Shown piece by piece: positions 1-15,453 of a stretch of 64,000 nucleotides of DNA; the first letter of the stretch is position 1, and each line of letters opens with the position of its first letter. The translations under genes were made by a program, and so were the position numbers. Below the pieces are notes generated by a model. The model saw only the letters and a list, made by a program, of their open reading frames with translations, did no database searches and had not been told where the DNA came from. The DNA is from the human T2T-CHM13v2.0 reference genome, Homo sapiens: NCBI RefSeq assembly GCF_009914755.1, contig NC_060933.1, one strand, 5' to 3'.

Positions 1-331
1 TTGTCAGGTTTGTCAAAGATCAGATGGTTGTAGATGTGTGCTGTTATTTCTGAGGCCTCTGTTTTGTTCCATTGGTCTATATATCTGTTTTGGTACCAGT
101 ACCATGCTGTTTTGGTTTCTGTAGGCTTGTAGTATAGTTTGAAGTCAGGTAGCGTGATGCCTCCAGCTTTGTTCTTTTTGCTTAGGATTGTCTTGGCTAT
201 GTGGTGGGTTCTTTTTTGGTTCCATAGGAAATTTAAAGTAGTTTTTTTCTAGTTCTGTGAAAAAAGTCAATGGTAGCTTGATGGGAATAGCATTGAATTT
301 ATAAATTACTTTAGGCAGTATGGCCATTTTT
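1..331 (-). mobile_element. L1 (L1PA-type) ORF2 fragment, continues beyond window start
   Basis: Minus-strand translation [28 protein letters not shown] matches L1 ORF2p. Confidence 0.9.
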
Positions 332-361
332 ACCTAAAAATTCATTTTTAAAAAAAAGCAG

Positions 362-670
<309 letters not shown>

Positions 671-1369
671 TTAAGTGTCCATTTCTGTTTCCCAAGAAAA
701 TTATAAAAGTATGCAGAAGGCTCTAGAGAGGGAAATGAAGTATCTAGAAGAGAAGGGAAGAAAAAAGTTAAATCAAGAGGAGGGTGCTTAAGATGAAGCT
801 AAAAGATGAGTACCAGGGAAGATAAATAGTATCTGAAGGCGGGGGAATTGTGAGATAACTGGTAGCTACAAATTGAATTCCTGATTGCTTGGTGAATTGG
901 GAATGTGACAGGAGGTAAGGCTGCCCTTCTGTAAGGGCAGATCAAGAGTTGTCATGCTAGGGAGACTATTCTGCCTAAAATTCTGGGGTACTATTTTGTG
1001 TTTAAGTATGCTATGTATATTAAAAGGGTACATATTTGAAGTGTTCGGCTCTTAGTTTTCACTACTAAACACCTGTGTAACCAGCACTCAGCTTAAGAAT
1101 AACATTACTAGTACTAGAAATACTTCCCTTGTGCAACTTTCCAAATATTAAACCCAAAAATCCTATGTTCCATAGGGAGGGAAAGATTTGGGACCAGGTT
1201 TTTTGGTTGTTTGTGTTTTTTGTTTGTTTTTTAAATTTTCACCTGATTCTTATTAAGTGTGCAAGGACCATGGTTCTTGACCTTCCTTAGATTTGTGGAT
1301 CTTAATTCTCAGAAAATTGCGCATGGAAAATATTGTGCCAGGGCCTTGTTTCTGTGTAAAAACTTCAAG

Positions 1370-2040
1370 AGGTCTTTAAAGTAGTACAGTTGAGAGATTA
1401 TGGTGCTTCAACTAAGGCAGTGGGAATGTGAGAAAGATGAATTTGAGAAATATTTATAAACAGTGAGATTTGGTTGCTAATTGGATGAGAAAACTAAGGA
1501 AGAGTAAAGATTCAAAGTCAGTTTGGGTTGTTGGTGCTCTTATTCAATGAGACAGGACAAAAAAAAAGTGTACCTTGTATGGAATGAGGAGATCACTAAC
1601 ATTTTGAATGTGTGTTAGTCTGTCTGTGAGATAGTAAAGATGTCCAGAGGCAATTGCAGATATGGATATGGTGCTCAGGAAAAAGAACTGGGCTAGAAAT
1701 TGATTTAGGAATTCACCAGTGTTTAGACATGAATGGATTAAGCTTTAAGGAAAGAATACAGCAAGAAAAGAAGTCCAGAGATGGAATCCTAGGGCCTACT
1801 TTGTTTAGTGGGTAGGCAAGGTGCAAAGGAGACAGGAATAACCAGAAGTATGGGAAACCCAACATGTAGTGATAACTTCTGTCGGAAAGTGATCCAGAAG
1901 CATGCTGCAGAGAGGCTGAGGAAGGGTTGAAGAGTGTCTTTTGGATTTGATAATTAGTCATTAATGGGTTTCTGTAAGAACAGCTTCTGGAGTTAGGAAG
2001 AGCCAGTTTTCAGGGGGCTAAATGGTGTCCGGAGAGTAGA
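1370..2040 (+). mobile_element. Degraded LINE-2 fragment
   Basis: Purine-rich L2-like motifs (gagaaatatttataaa...tttggttgctaattggatg; ttggatttgataatta); recognised by eye. Confidence 0.55.
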
Positions 2041-3894
2041 TCATCAGCTCCCAAATACGGTCAATTCTTAAAAATTATTCTACATTCAAGTAGCAAAAAT
2101 AATGATAATATAATATCCTTGTTAAAAAAAAGATAAATTGATTATTAGAGATCTTTGTTCTGAAAGTATGCTCTTTCCTAAAAAAAAAAAAAAAAAAACT
2201 AAGTCCTTTTTTGAAATAATAGTGATTTGGGAGGATAGTCTGTTACATTTATGTCTTTACTTAAAAAAAATGGCAACCCTTTATTGGTTATTCTTTTTAC
2301 TTGCTTAATTTTACTGTTCTATAAAGTTAGAGAATAAAAGTAGATTACTCGTCTGTGAGTACAAAGAGGGCTGTAGATGGAGATTAAAGAAAAATTTGAG
2401 TGGATAGCCAGTTGAGGGATAGGTTGAAGATAGAGGAGAGCAGAATGAAAGTTGATTAAGTTATTAGATATGCTGAAATGCGTACTAACAGTTATGGAAA
2501 GATTTTCTTCAGGGACCTTCTTCAACTTGGGAGAAAATGAAAGAGGACAGATTTGGTGTCTGGTTGGGTGAGGGGAAAATCAAATTCACTTGAGATGACC
2601 CATTAAAAAAAAAATCAAATCCATGTTTTGAGGATCAGGGAAGGAAGATGGGTGGACATGGTTAGGCGTAGAGTTAGGTGTCTTGTCAATAATAAAGGTT
2701 TGAAGGAGCAGCTGGGGATAGTTGGGATTTTATTTAGAGCCCAGCTGAAGTAAAACTGTTTTAAAAATTATTTTTATTTTTTACTCCTATGGCATCGCAA
2801 GAAGTAAAACTATGAACTTAATGAAATTACTCATATTTCTTCTGGGTATTAACATATGAGACAATTTTGAAAGAAAATTGAGCTTAAAGTAGATGAAGCA
2901 AATTATTGATTAGATAAAATTTTAAAATGAGCAGGTAAAAGGGGTCTTTGGTGGCAAAAAGAAAAACAGGCAAAAATATTCTATTTCTCTGTAATTTTGA
3001 TGAGTGAGGCATTTCACATTCATCTGTCTTCCTAAAGGAGGATGTCATCAGCAAATCTAGGGGCACACAGAACACACCTAGTTGAGCACAGTGCTTGCAG
3101 AATAAATTTCAACTCCTTTTTTGAAAACAATCCAGTCCAAGTATTCCAATCCTTTTTTTTAAAGTTGCTGTTCCCAGTCAGTATTTGATATATTTGACAT
3201 TATTCTCCCTCATTCAAAAGTGTTTTGTGGCCCCAGGTGGGTAGTAGGGGTGGGTTGATTGGTTTCTTTAAAATTAAGTCCGTCTATAACCATAATACAC
3301 AGACAAAGAGAAGAGAGACACATTTGCTTTACTGCACAAGTGGGACAAGATCAATTAACATGTATTTAAAAAATTTAAAAATACCTGCTAGGTGTTATGT
3401 CAGTTTGATAGTTGCGTCAAGCAGCCCTTTATCATCAAGGAGACTTGAAGACTTGAGGAATGCATAGTAAGCCACGTGTGTTACATGAGACAGGGGGAAA
3501 ATCACCTAACTTTCCAAAACACTGAATTTTGATTGTGTGATTTCATTCACACAAATAAAACATGGTGTGTGTGTCTTGCCTGTGTTGTTGCCTATCTGGG
3601 AGCCATGCTCTAAGAACAGGTTTCTCATGTTAGTCCACTGGCTGAGGTAAATCCTCACATTACATGACAGTCATTGTGTCCCTGCAACCCAGAAGTGCAC
3701 TCTGAACAGGACAGAGTAACAGAGCAGGAGAAGGAAAAGTTGTACATAGCTGCAGAAGGTTGCCTTGACCTTGATTATCTTAGGAGGGCAGAATACATTT
3801 CTCTCACACTTGAGACCCTGGGCTACTGCCTAGCCCTGGCTGTTCTGAACTGCTCAAAGAATTAGTGCTATGTTTAGAAAATGCCCTATTTTTC

Positions 3895-4903
3895 TTTTCT
3901 TTAAATTATTATTATACCTTAAGTTCTAGGGTACATGTGCACAATGTGCAGGTTTGTTACATATGTATACATGTGCCATGTTGGTGTGCTGCACCCATTA
4001 ACTCGTCATTTACATTAGGTATATCTTCTAATGCTATCCCTCTCCCCTCCCCCTGAGGGCCCTGAACAGGCCCCAGTGTGTGATGTTCCCCTTTCTGTGT
4101 CCATGTGTTCTCATTGTTCAATTTTCACCTATGAGGGGGAACATGGGCTGTTTGGTTTTTTGTCCTTGAGAAAGTTTGCTGAGAATGATGGTTTCCAGCT
4201 TCACCCATGTCCCTACAAAGGACATGAACTCATCCTTTTTTATGGCTGCATAGTATTCCATGGTGTATATATGCCACATTTTCTTAAGCCAGTCTATCAT
4301 TGATGGACATTTGGGTTGGTTCCAAGTCTTTGCTATTGTGAATAATGCCGCAATAAACGTGTGCATGTGTCTTTATAGCAGCATGATTTATAATCCTTTG
4401 GGTATATACCCAGTAATGGGATGGCTGGGTCAAATGGTATTTCTAGTTCTAGATCCTTGAGGAATCACCACACTGACTTCCACAATGGTTGAACTAGTTT
4501 ACAGTCCCACCAACAGTGTAAAAGTGTTCCTATTTCTCCACATCCTCTCCAGCACCTGTTGTTTCCTGACTTTTTAATGATCGCCATTCTAACTGGTGTG
4601 AGATGGTATCTCATTGTGGTTTTGATTTGCATTTCTCTGATGGCCAGTGATGATGAGCATTTTTTCATGTGTCTTTTGGCTGCATAAATGTCTTCTTTTG
4701 AGAAGTGTCTGTTCATATCCTTTGCCCACTTGTTGATGGGGTTGTTTGTTTTTTTCTTGTAAGTTTGTTTCTTTGTAGATTCTGGATATTAGCCCTTTGT
4801 CAGATGAGTAGATAGCAAAAATTTTCTCCCATTCTGTAGGTTGCCTGTTCACTCTGATGGTAGTTTGTGTTGCTGTGCAGAAGCTCTTTAGTTTAATTAG
4901 ATT
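3895..4903 (-). mobile_element. 5'-truncated L1PA (3' ~1 kb: ORF2 C-terminus and 3' UTR) with target-site duplication
   Basis: ORF2p C-terminal peptides ([24 protein letters not shown]; HTFIAALFTIAKTWNQPKCP); TSD GAAAATGCCCTATTTTTC at 3877-3894 and 4904-4921. Confidence 0.95.
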
Positions 4904-6106
4904 GAAAATGCCCTATTTTTCATCTACCACACTACTCAGCCCGGCATGTATGTAAGTCTTTTTGAGAACTAGGTAAAGAATTTTGAGCTTTCATTTGTCC
5001 CAAGCACTTGCCTATCAGGTTGCAATGAAACAGACTTTATTAAGATGATAATGGCTATGCTACATACAAGGAATTGTTTGTTGTTTTCTCTTGTCTAAAG
5101 ATGTCATGTCTACTCACCTACCCGACCGACAAAAGGCCAGGTGCGCTACATTGGATTGCTGTTATAGACACTTAGCTGGCTCCTGGTTCCCTCTTGATCC
5201 TCTACATTCTAGAAAGTAATTTTCAGCACTGCTCTTATATTCTTTCCTTAAATGTCATCCACAGTTCCCTATTTCTCATCACTTCAAGGCAAGACTTTCT
5301 AAGGTTCTCTGCCCATCCATGTGCCACTCCATTATGGGAAATCAGCCTCACCATTCCAGGTTGATTTCCCATAGTTCTCTCAACACATAGTTTGTACTCT
5401 AGTAAGGACACACAATTCATGTTCATTCTCATTCATGAGCCTTTACCTTTCTTCAAGAGCCAGCTGACAGGGAAAACTAATATTTATTCCCTACTTATGT
5501 ATCTGGCACTGTATATAAAATATTGCCCTCAAAACAAGCCTCTTTTACAGATGTGAAGACTGAGGCTCAGAGAGGCTATGTTTCCCAAGATCACATAACT
5601 AATAATAAACTGCCTTCAGCTAATCCTCCCTCTTCCATAAAATATTCCTTCCCTTTTGATCTCAGCATCTAGCCTATGCCACTGCAATTTAGCACATTAT
5701 TGTACCATTTTCTTTGTTTTCTAACTGCATGCTTGTCTTCCTCATTTCCATGGTAAGCATAGAAGGACCATGTAGTATCTTTACAGTGCTGAGCATACAG
5801 TAGGTGCTGCAAGAGTATTTGTTGGCTGATTTTTATGTATGTTATACATATTGATGCCCAGTACTGAGTGCTTTAGATTATTTCAAGAGGCTTAGACTGC
5901 TTTCCAGCCAGAATACCATGTTTATATGAGCAGTAGAAAAAGAGCTGTGACTGGCTGTGTTGAGCTTTGCATCACTTCTCTCTCTTAATTCATCCTCTCT
6001 TCAAAATGGGCTTTGGGATTGGTAGCATTGCATGAGCCCTCCAGGCTGCATTGAGCATGGGCAATTTATCTTTTACTCTAGAAATGTGGCAGATACTGTT
6101 CCAAGG

Positions 6107-6397
6107 GCAGTTCTCACAATTCTTTATCTGAAAGCCTTGAGGCCATATGTGCTTTGGAAATCAGAATTTTGTCAGATTTTAGAGAGTAAATATATTGTGT
6201 AACTCCCTCTGCAGGGTCTCAGGAAGCACCTGCAATCAAGCACATTAATATTGCTGCAACTCATCAAATGGAGTAAAGATGACAGATAGGTTCAGGTCAG
6301 ATTTTGCCACCAAATAATTTACTAAAACTTATGAGAAAACTTTTGGTCTTCAGAGTTTTTAGATTTCAGAATTGTGAATAAGGGATTGTGAACTTGT
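6107..6397. mobile_element. Tigger-family MITE (MER46C-like)
   Basis: Degenerate terminal inverted repeats (cagttctcacaattctttat ... ataagggattgtgaacttg); internal sequence resembles my recollection of MER46C. Confidence 0.55.
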
Positions 6398-8603
6398 TAT
6401 TGAGATGTATTAACTCATTTATTCTTACGACAATATGTGATCATGTACTTTTTCTTATTTTGGTGAGGAAGAAACTGAACGACAGAAAGGTATAATGTGT
6501 CCAAGGTCACATGGCTAGTAAGTGACAGGGCCAGCATTTGAATCTATGCTCTCTGACTCTAGAACCTGTGCTTTGAAGAACCCTGAGTACTCCCACCCAA
6601 GAAGACTTTGTAAATCACACTAGCCTAAATCTCACCACCGACTGGTTATGTGACCTTGGAAAACTTCCTTAGCACGCTGGACCCCAGTTTTCTCCTCTGT
6701 CACTGTGAGTGACATCTAGACGGCAGCTGGAGTCTTTCATTCCAGCAGGGCTAAGTCAGATGATCTGGAAATCCCATTTCTGCTTTGCCTAAAGCTCACT
6801 CTAAGATTGCTGCAAGTTTCTAGAAGCTTATCTTCTCACTGTCACAGTTGTTTTTTGCTTCTCCTAAATTAATTCACATTATGAATCATTACGAATCATC
6901 TCAGTATATTGTTTTTATAAAGCATGCTGTAGACTCAAATGAGAAACTCAGTTCTTCCTCACAAGAAGACAGTATCTTTAGATTGCTTAATAATAGTTCT
7001 CCTCCTTCTCAAAAGCCCGTCACCTCCCCACAATTACATATTGCCCTAGCTTCTTTCCTGCCTCCTCCTTTTCCTTCCTTTCTCATTTCTTCCTCTCTTC
7101 CCTCATTTTCTTGCCCATTCCCTTCCTTCTTCCCTCTTCCCTCTTCAGAGTAAAAACAAATTCCTCTTTTTATTCTTTCCACAACTTAGTCATTTGTGTG
7201 TGTGTGCGTGTGTGGCCTTGGCTCTTGATAGCTTCAAAATGTCTTCTTCTCCCAGTGACTTATGAACGTATTTTCTTACACACAGGCAGTATCCTCTCTA
7301 TGAATTCCTTTCCTTTTTGTTCTCCTGTAATGTCCAACCTAAATGCCATCTCTCCCTTTCCTACACCCAGACATCTGATTCTACACCCTGACTCTCCATC
7401 CCACTTACCAACCCCCAGTCAATGGTTTGTGTGTTTCTTGCTTAGCTATTTAAGCTTAATTGTCTGGTGTGCCCTAAAGCTGAAATTTCTCTATTTTTCA
7501 TGTCTAGTACCAGGTTTTAGTTTTAGTAGGTGTTTAATAACTACTAAAGTAAATCTGAAAAAGTAACCAAAGCTGGGAAGTCACTAAATACTCACTCAGT
7601 AATCACAGCGAAATTGAACTCTGTAGCCTTGTAAAACACTTGTCTGCATATTACCGTGAAAGGAGGAAATTACTGGGATTAATATTTCAAAGACAACAGT
7701 AGTCCCTTAGTAGGGAAAATATATCAGATGATAGCCAGGAAAATGCATTATATAAATCCTCATTCCCAGTAAAATGTAATTCAGCCTTGACCAAAATATA
7801 TAAGTAACTCATCCTTGATTATAAATTCATGGTTAACTGATAAGAATCTGAGAGGTTTCTTTAGATACCTCTTAAAATATCTAAAGAATTCAGCGATGCT
7901 GAGTAGGATCTAGATAAAAACTATCTGGCAGAAAAGCTTTGTCTCACAAGGTGTTACCTACCTGCTTTTAGGACAGCTTGGCACATAGTAGGAGATGAAG
8001 TGCTTGATGATTGACTGAAATGTACAAGGAGAAATGTACAAGACTACACCACGGGTGGCAGAGATATTGAACACAGCCTGTCACCTTGCCCTGTAAGATC
8101 TCTGGCTGTGTATCCACTTTTTGAGCAAGAGACTTGAGTTCAGAAGACCTGAATTTTAATCTCTCAGCTCTGCTATAAATGTGGGATCCTCAGTAAGTAA
8201 TTTTACTTCTCTGGACTTGGTTTTATCACCTGTAAAATGAAAACCGTGGGCTTAATAGATCTCTCATATAGGCTTGAGTTGCTTGTATGACTGTCTGTAG
8301 TTGTTTTTAGAAAAGTAATGACAAGTACATGGAAATAAATATTCAAATACTGTAGAGGGCAGGTAATAAGGAAATGTCATCTTTCCTGTGCCCTGACTCC
8401 CAGGTCTTTCTCCCAGGTCTTAGAGTAAGCCCCTTTGGCTAATTCTGTCTTATTCCTCTAAATAATATGTTAAGTCTCTGTTTCTTCATTTGTTAATCTA
8501 CACAATACCATTTGTCTTTGTATTATTCAAGGTAAGAAATTTAGCATACTACCATCAATATTTTAATTTTAGATATATATTTTTATGATTTACATCCATT
8601 TCT

Positions 8604-8609
8604 TTTATT
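8604..8609 (-). terminator. ALDOB: Candidate distal polyadenylation signal of ALDOB (AATAAA)
   Basis: TTTATT on + strand ~1.18 kb downstream of the stop codon. Confidence 0.55.
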
Positions 8610-9079
8610 ACTTAAATAGAATTAAAGCACTATTTCTTAACCCATCAGTTTTAAGTAGTATTCCTGACTCTCTTTGCTTTCTTCCACTTCTCCTCCCCCT
8701 TATATTTCCTAGCTTCTGTCAGTTAAATCATCACTTTTATATTGTCCAAAGTTATAATATTTAAATTCTCTTTTATAACTCTGGTTGTCTTAAGTGCTGT
8801 AACTATAGGTTAATTCTGAAAATTGAAAGTCAATACAGTATCATTATGTGAATATTATTTACTGCAAAACTACGAAATATGCCTGGACGTGCAGATGACA
8901 AGGTAGTCCTGTTTCACCAAACCTGGGCCACTTGAACAAGAATGCTCCAAGCATTGAAGTCACATTAATTCTCTTATTATACTCCACAAGTTGCTCAAAA
9001 TCATTCTACATTTTTAGCTGGCTTCGTATTGTGAATGGCTTTAATTTTCAAATACCCTCAAACTTGAAATTTAGATTGG

Positions 9080-9260
9080 TAGTTCTCAAACTTGACTGTA
9101 CATTGGAATTACTGAGGGAGCTTTAAGAAATCTAATAGTTAGAGGATCCCAAGTCTAGGGTTTCTGATTTAATTGAGCTGGGGTGTGGCCTGAGCATCTC
9201 AGTTTTTAAAATTTTGCGGCTTGATTCCAATGACTAGCAAGAGTTGAAGACCTTTACTGT
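9080..9260. mobile_element. MER5A (hAT-Charlie) fragment, within extended ALDOB 3' UTR
   Basis: gtagttctcaaacttgactgtacattggaattact...ctggggtgtggcctgagcatc MER5 motif. Confidence 0.65.
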
Positions 9261-9368
9261 TGAAACCCAGTCATGTCTAGTAGAGTCAAAAGTAATGAAA
9301 TACACTGAGTCTTTGGACAGCAAGAGCAGAAAAGTGAAACCCGATAGCAGCTGAAGGTTTATAGAATA

Positions 9369-9374
9369 TTTATT
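9369..9374 (-). terminator. ALDOB: Proximal polyadenylation signal of ALDOB (AATAAA)
   Basis: TTTATT on + strand 411 nt downstream of stop, followed on the minus strand by a T-rich downstream region. Confidence 0.7.
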
Positions 9375-9784
9375 TCTTTTTTGGTTGCAGCTATCTCCTT
9401 CCCAACCTACCACTGCTAAGACTGTTTCATAAGATGCACTTCTCTACACTCAGCTAATGAGGTGTTTCAATCAGCAGTTGTTCTTTGGATGAGGAGCCGA
9501 TATTGTTTTAAAGCCTATTATTTTCTTGGGTGGGTATTCTGGAGCATGGGGAGCTGAAAGTGTTGCAAGGAAACTGCTGTGTGAAATTTGATCAGGTCCT
9601 TGGTATTCATTTTTATGTTTCAATAACTGATTTATTTTTTCCCCCTTGTACTTAAGATTTAACATGTGTTGTATTTCCAGCAGTTCAAATCTAATTGTGT
9701 CGAATTTCCAGGATTGGAGGAAAAGTTGCTCCCTTTCAGCCCTCCTACTAGAAGCACTGGAGCTAGGCTGGCGGGCATTGGACC

Positions 9785-9880
<96 letters not shown>

Positions 9881-10442
9881 CTAGAAGACAAATATGAGAG
9901 AGGAGACTGGTTAGAGTAAATGTGACCCCACCTTGACCCTGTCTGCCTCTCATGGGAAACCAGTCAAACCTTCACTCAGATTTTCTTCTTTTTACAGCAA
10001 TGTTGCTGAATATTGCTGGGGATACCATCCCCTTCTATAAAGTATCTCCCCTTTTTATCCCAGTTTTCTGAGCATTTCTTTGGTAAGCTTGAGGTTTGTG
10101 TCAGTTACTGGGGAAATCTCTGTTCAGTACCAACAATATTGCAGCAACAGTACTAGAAACTAAAGTTGAAAAATTTCTCACTAGTATAGTACACTATACC
10201 AAAAGAAAAACATGTTTATTTTAAAAACATTTCCATTTTCTACCTATATTGGTCTAGAAGAATATGTAATTTTTATTTAGTTATTGTAGTATCATTTGCT
10301 TTCCTGTATACATTCCAGTTAAAGATAAATTCAGAATTATGAAACTTACGACAATATTTGAATGTCACTCAGTGGTACCACTTCTTCCAGTCAGTGTTGC
10401 TATTGTCTGTTCTCTCCAGGACTTATTTCTACATTTTACATC

Positions 10443-10945
10443 AATGGTTCTCCAACTGTGTTTCATGGTCTACCAGCATCCCTTAGGAACATGTTAAAAA
10501 TAGAAATTCCCTGGCCTTACCCCTGACCTACTGAATTAGAAACTCAGTGGGTGAGACCCATAATCTGCATTTTTAACAAGCGCTTCAAGTGGGGGTAGGG
10601 GAAATGAAAAGAGGTTGGTAATGGGTACAAAAATACAGTTAGGCAGAAGGAATAAGTTCTAGTGTTTGATACAACAGTAAGATGACTATAGTTAACAATG
10701 ATTTATTACATATTTTAAAATAGCTGGAAGAGAAGATTTGGAATGTTCCAAACCCAAAGAAATAATAAATATTTGGAGTGAATACCCTAATTATCCTGAT
10801 TTGATCATTATACATTATATGCATATATAAAAAATCACAGATACCCCACAGATCTATACAATTATTGTGTGTAAATATAAAAGATCATGACAACAAAACC
10901 AAAATCACCTTCAGGTGATTCAGATCCACACTGGAGCTTGGGAAG
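10443..10945. mobile_element. MER5A interrupted by an L1MA 3' end (L1 ~10591-10885, + strand)
   Basis: MER5A sequence stops at cttcaagtg (~10590) and resumes at cttcaggtgattc (~10909); L1MA 3' UTR lies between. Confidence 0.7.
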
Positions 10946-12110
10946 CACCATCCTTGATGATAAACTCAGCTTCCCTTCTTCTGTGTGGATGTCCCTGATG
11001 ACCTGCGCTTTCACAATCCCTCCATCATGTAAGCTAGGTCTCCTCAGTCCATCAGCCACACAGCAGCACTGCTGCACCCTGCTTTCCACAGTCAAGGTAA
11101 AGCACTACTTTGAAAATCTGATACCTCTCTTATGCCTGTGAGATGATGATTTAGCTTCCCTGGGGCCTTCCTTCCCTTTAGGGCCTCATCACCACACTTC
11201 TGACTACTCTTGATTCCTTGCCTAGCTTCCTCTATGGTCAGCAAGCTAACAGAGGCTATCGGTAAAATTTGTCACTCTTCTACCTTCCTATTAAACTTTC
11301 ACTCTTCTACCCCGCTATTTTGCGTTCTGAATCTTCCTGCATGCTTTAGACTGCTGTTAGGAAAACTCAGGAATGAAGCTACCACACACTCACTCTTATT
11401 TCAGCTGCACATTACCTGATGCTTGGCTATGTCTGGCCATAACGTCCGATCAATTTCCTAGCAAGTTCCTTTAACTGCTTTTCTACGCTTTCCGACTGTC
11501 AGTATTGAAATTTCCATTTCTTCATCATTCTCAGCAGATACCCTCAACTGTAATCAGTCATCAACTGCTACATCTCTTGACTTATATAGAGCTGATTCCA
11601 ACTGTATTCTCTTTTCTGCCTCTTCCCTCCTTTTTGTCTTACACCAGCTGTGCCACCTATGCTTAATATTGAGTCTCATGCAGTCCTGCTCCTCTAAGTT
11701 CTTCTCCACTCAATTATCCCCACTCTCCTCATCTTTACTGTCTCCTCTGGCTCCTCTTTCTTTACATTTAAACATGCCAAGCTCTCTCCTATTTGGCTAA
11801 ACTCCAAGCTTCCTGGAGGACATGGCTATGTCTCATTTGTTCACCCCAGTTCTTGGCTCATAAAGCGTATTTTAAAAATTTTGGTTATTATTTGAATAAA
11901 AACTTTGTTGGTCCTCATTTCTCCTGGCAACCTTTCTGGGTCTTTTTCTGAAAAACTTCTTGAGTGGGCACCTTTCCTTTCCTCTTTATTGAAACTGTTT
12001 CAGTGAGGGTCACTGGTATGCTCCTAAATGCCAATCTCAGGGTCTTTTCTTGGCCTTTCTTTTGAATCTCTCTATAGCATGTTATTATTGGCCCTTTGAA
12101 ATTGTTTACC

Positions 12111-12469
<359 letters not shown>

Positions 12470-12787
12470 CTACAATATAATCGCTGCTTTTCTTGGTTGC
12501 TTCTCTTCTTCATCTTCCCAAAATAAAAAGTATCCTAGGTTCAGTTCTTGGTCCTCTTATCTCCTTCCCTCTGAAGTGTTTCTGTTGAAATTGTCCTTCA
12601 GTCTCCTGTCATCAACTATACTCTAGTGTGGATAATTCAAAATTCTCTCTAGCCTCAATCCTCATACTGACCTCTACTGCCACATTTTCAAATGCCTAAT
12701 AGACACTATCGGTAGATACCTTCTTGGCCCAAAGAAAACAATGCTTCTCCGTGTTGGAAAGTCAAGCCCCAAATGTGAACATCATCA

Positions 12788-13039
<252 letters not shown>

Positions 13040-13404
13040 CTATTAGTCCCACCTTATATACCCTGCTTGAGAAAGCAAGCAATGAACCTACCAGAAAAGT
13101 AATGTCTCAGTCTTTTCTCTGCTTAATTTGCCTTAAAGCAAACTGAGAAATCAGTTTGCTTTTGCTGAAGCTAGTTGGGCTAGAGATAAGTGCTTTAAAT
13201 ACGTAAGGAAGGCAGTGAAATGTTGAAGAAATACATGGATTGTGGGCATTTGGGCAGACTTGGGATGCTTGGTATTCTGAAGTGGGAGAAGAAGTGCTGG
13301 CTGCCTGTGAGATAACAGAGGTTTGTTTCATGAATAGAAGCAGATTTCTGGACAAACAGAAAGCTTGTGGCTCTCCAAAGAATGAGGGCTAAGACCTTGA
13401 GTTA

Positions 13405-13800
<396 letters not shown>

Positions 13801-14493
13801 TCATCACCCCTAATCTAGCTTCTCATTCACTGCATGAATGACAGGCATGGCTCTGCTTCCTAGAAGCCCTTCATTCCTTTATTTCCATTACTCCCTTGGT
13901 CAATGTCATTCCTTATTGAGACTGCATTGCTTTAGCTATTTGGGGTCATCTAAACGGGCCTCCACTGTCCATGTTTACAGAAGCTGAGTAGTCATAGAAT
14001 CATACATTTTAGAGGTGGAAGTGCTCTTAGATTGCATTTCAGTCCACATAATTTTCCAAGTAGAGAAACTAAGGTCAGGTGACATTATGACTCTCCTACT
14101 TTCTCACAGTGTATGAATAGAACCACCCTCTTTCAGATCCACTGTGGCTAATTTAGAAAGTCAGATGGAATAAAGTACTTTCTAATTACATCTTCTCATT
14201 TGAGCCACATGTCTTATTTTAAAATTTCTTTGTGTACATGTAATTGAATTGAAGTCAAAAGAGATAATATGACTTGCCCAAGATCCCACAAGTGGAAAAG
14301 CGGATTCTCCAACCCAAGTCTTGGTACTGCAACTCCTGTGCTTTTTCTATATGGAGTATACCATGTGCCAAAAAGGTGAAGGGCTGATGAGCACCTCCCT
14401 ACCTTCTCTATGCTATCCATCCTAAAGGCTACTTCAGATATAACAGCTGTTATATGTTAAGTAACAGCTGTTACCTAAAACTAAGATTTTTCA

Positions 14494-14610
<117 letters not shown>

Positions 14611-15453
14611 CTAAAAAGGAAAATCAAGGAAGCAAAAGTGAAGCTGTGCTCACTGTTATCCTTTCCTTAGGAGGAGATTCAACAGTTGCAATTGGTATAA
14701 ATTGAAGCCATTATGGAGAAATACTACATAGATGACTTAAAGACAGTAGAATTTTTCAGAATGAGATAAAAAATAAATACAAACCCGTAATTACTGTATT
14801 TCTTTCTAGAGATTATTCTAGCTGCCTCAGAACCTAGCTACTGCCTTTTTAGGGCATCTAAGCATAAATCATTAAGAAAGATGTCTCTAAGTTGGGTTAA
14901 TGAAGAAATTCAAGCAGTGTTTAGAGTTCTAATTGGGGATCTCCAGCTGTCCACAACTCTAGTAACCCCAACATAGTACTCACAGAAGAAAATCAAACTT
15001 AACTCGGACCCAGAGACATTTTAGTATGTGTTGGAAACTTTAGCATCTGGTCACCATCCTCCAAAGAATTATTTGGATTGGAACTCGGTCAGAGCTGTCA
15101 CTCTTCAGCTAGGAATCTAAGAGGATCATGTCTTGGATGTTACGGAGTATAGACAACCAAGTTCCCTGCCCTCAAAAGCCCGATCACTTATAAGACAGCT
15201 TATGGAGCTTTGACAGAGGGCAGCAGTTGATGGCATTATCCTTTGAACTCATAGCTTAGTTGGACTCCTACTGGCTTGTGGGACCAAATCTTTCCCTACC
15301 ACAGTTGGCTATAGCAAAAGTTGTGAAAAATGCCACTAGGATATACTGGTGAGGGAAAAGGAGGTCCATGTGTAGTTATAGTATAATTGAAAAGAAAAGC
15401 TCTGAAGAAAACTCTAGCCTACTCTTTTTCAGCCCAAGGGGAAGGCAGAGCAC

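Noticed and set aside
4031-4852. ORFs with L1 ORF2p similarity
   Set aside because: 5'-truncated, frameshifted L1; not a functional gene
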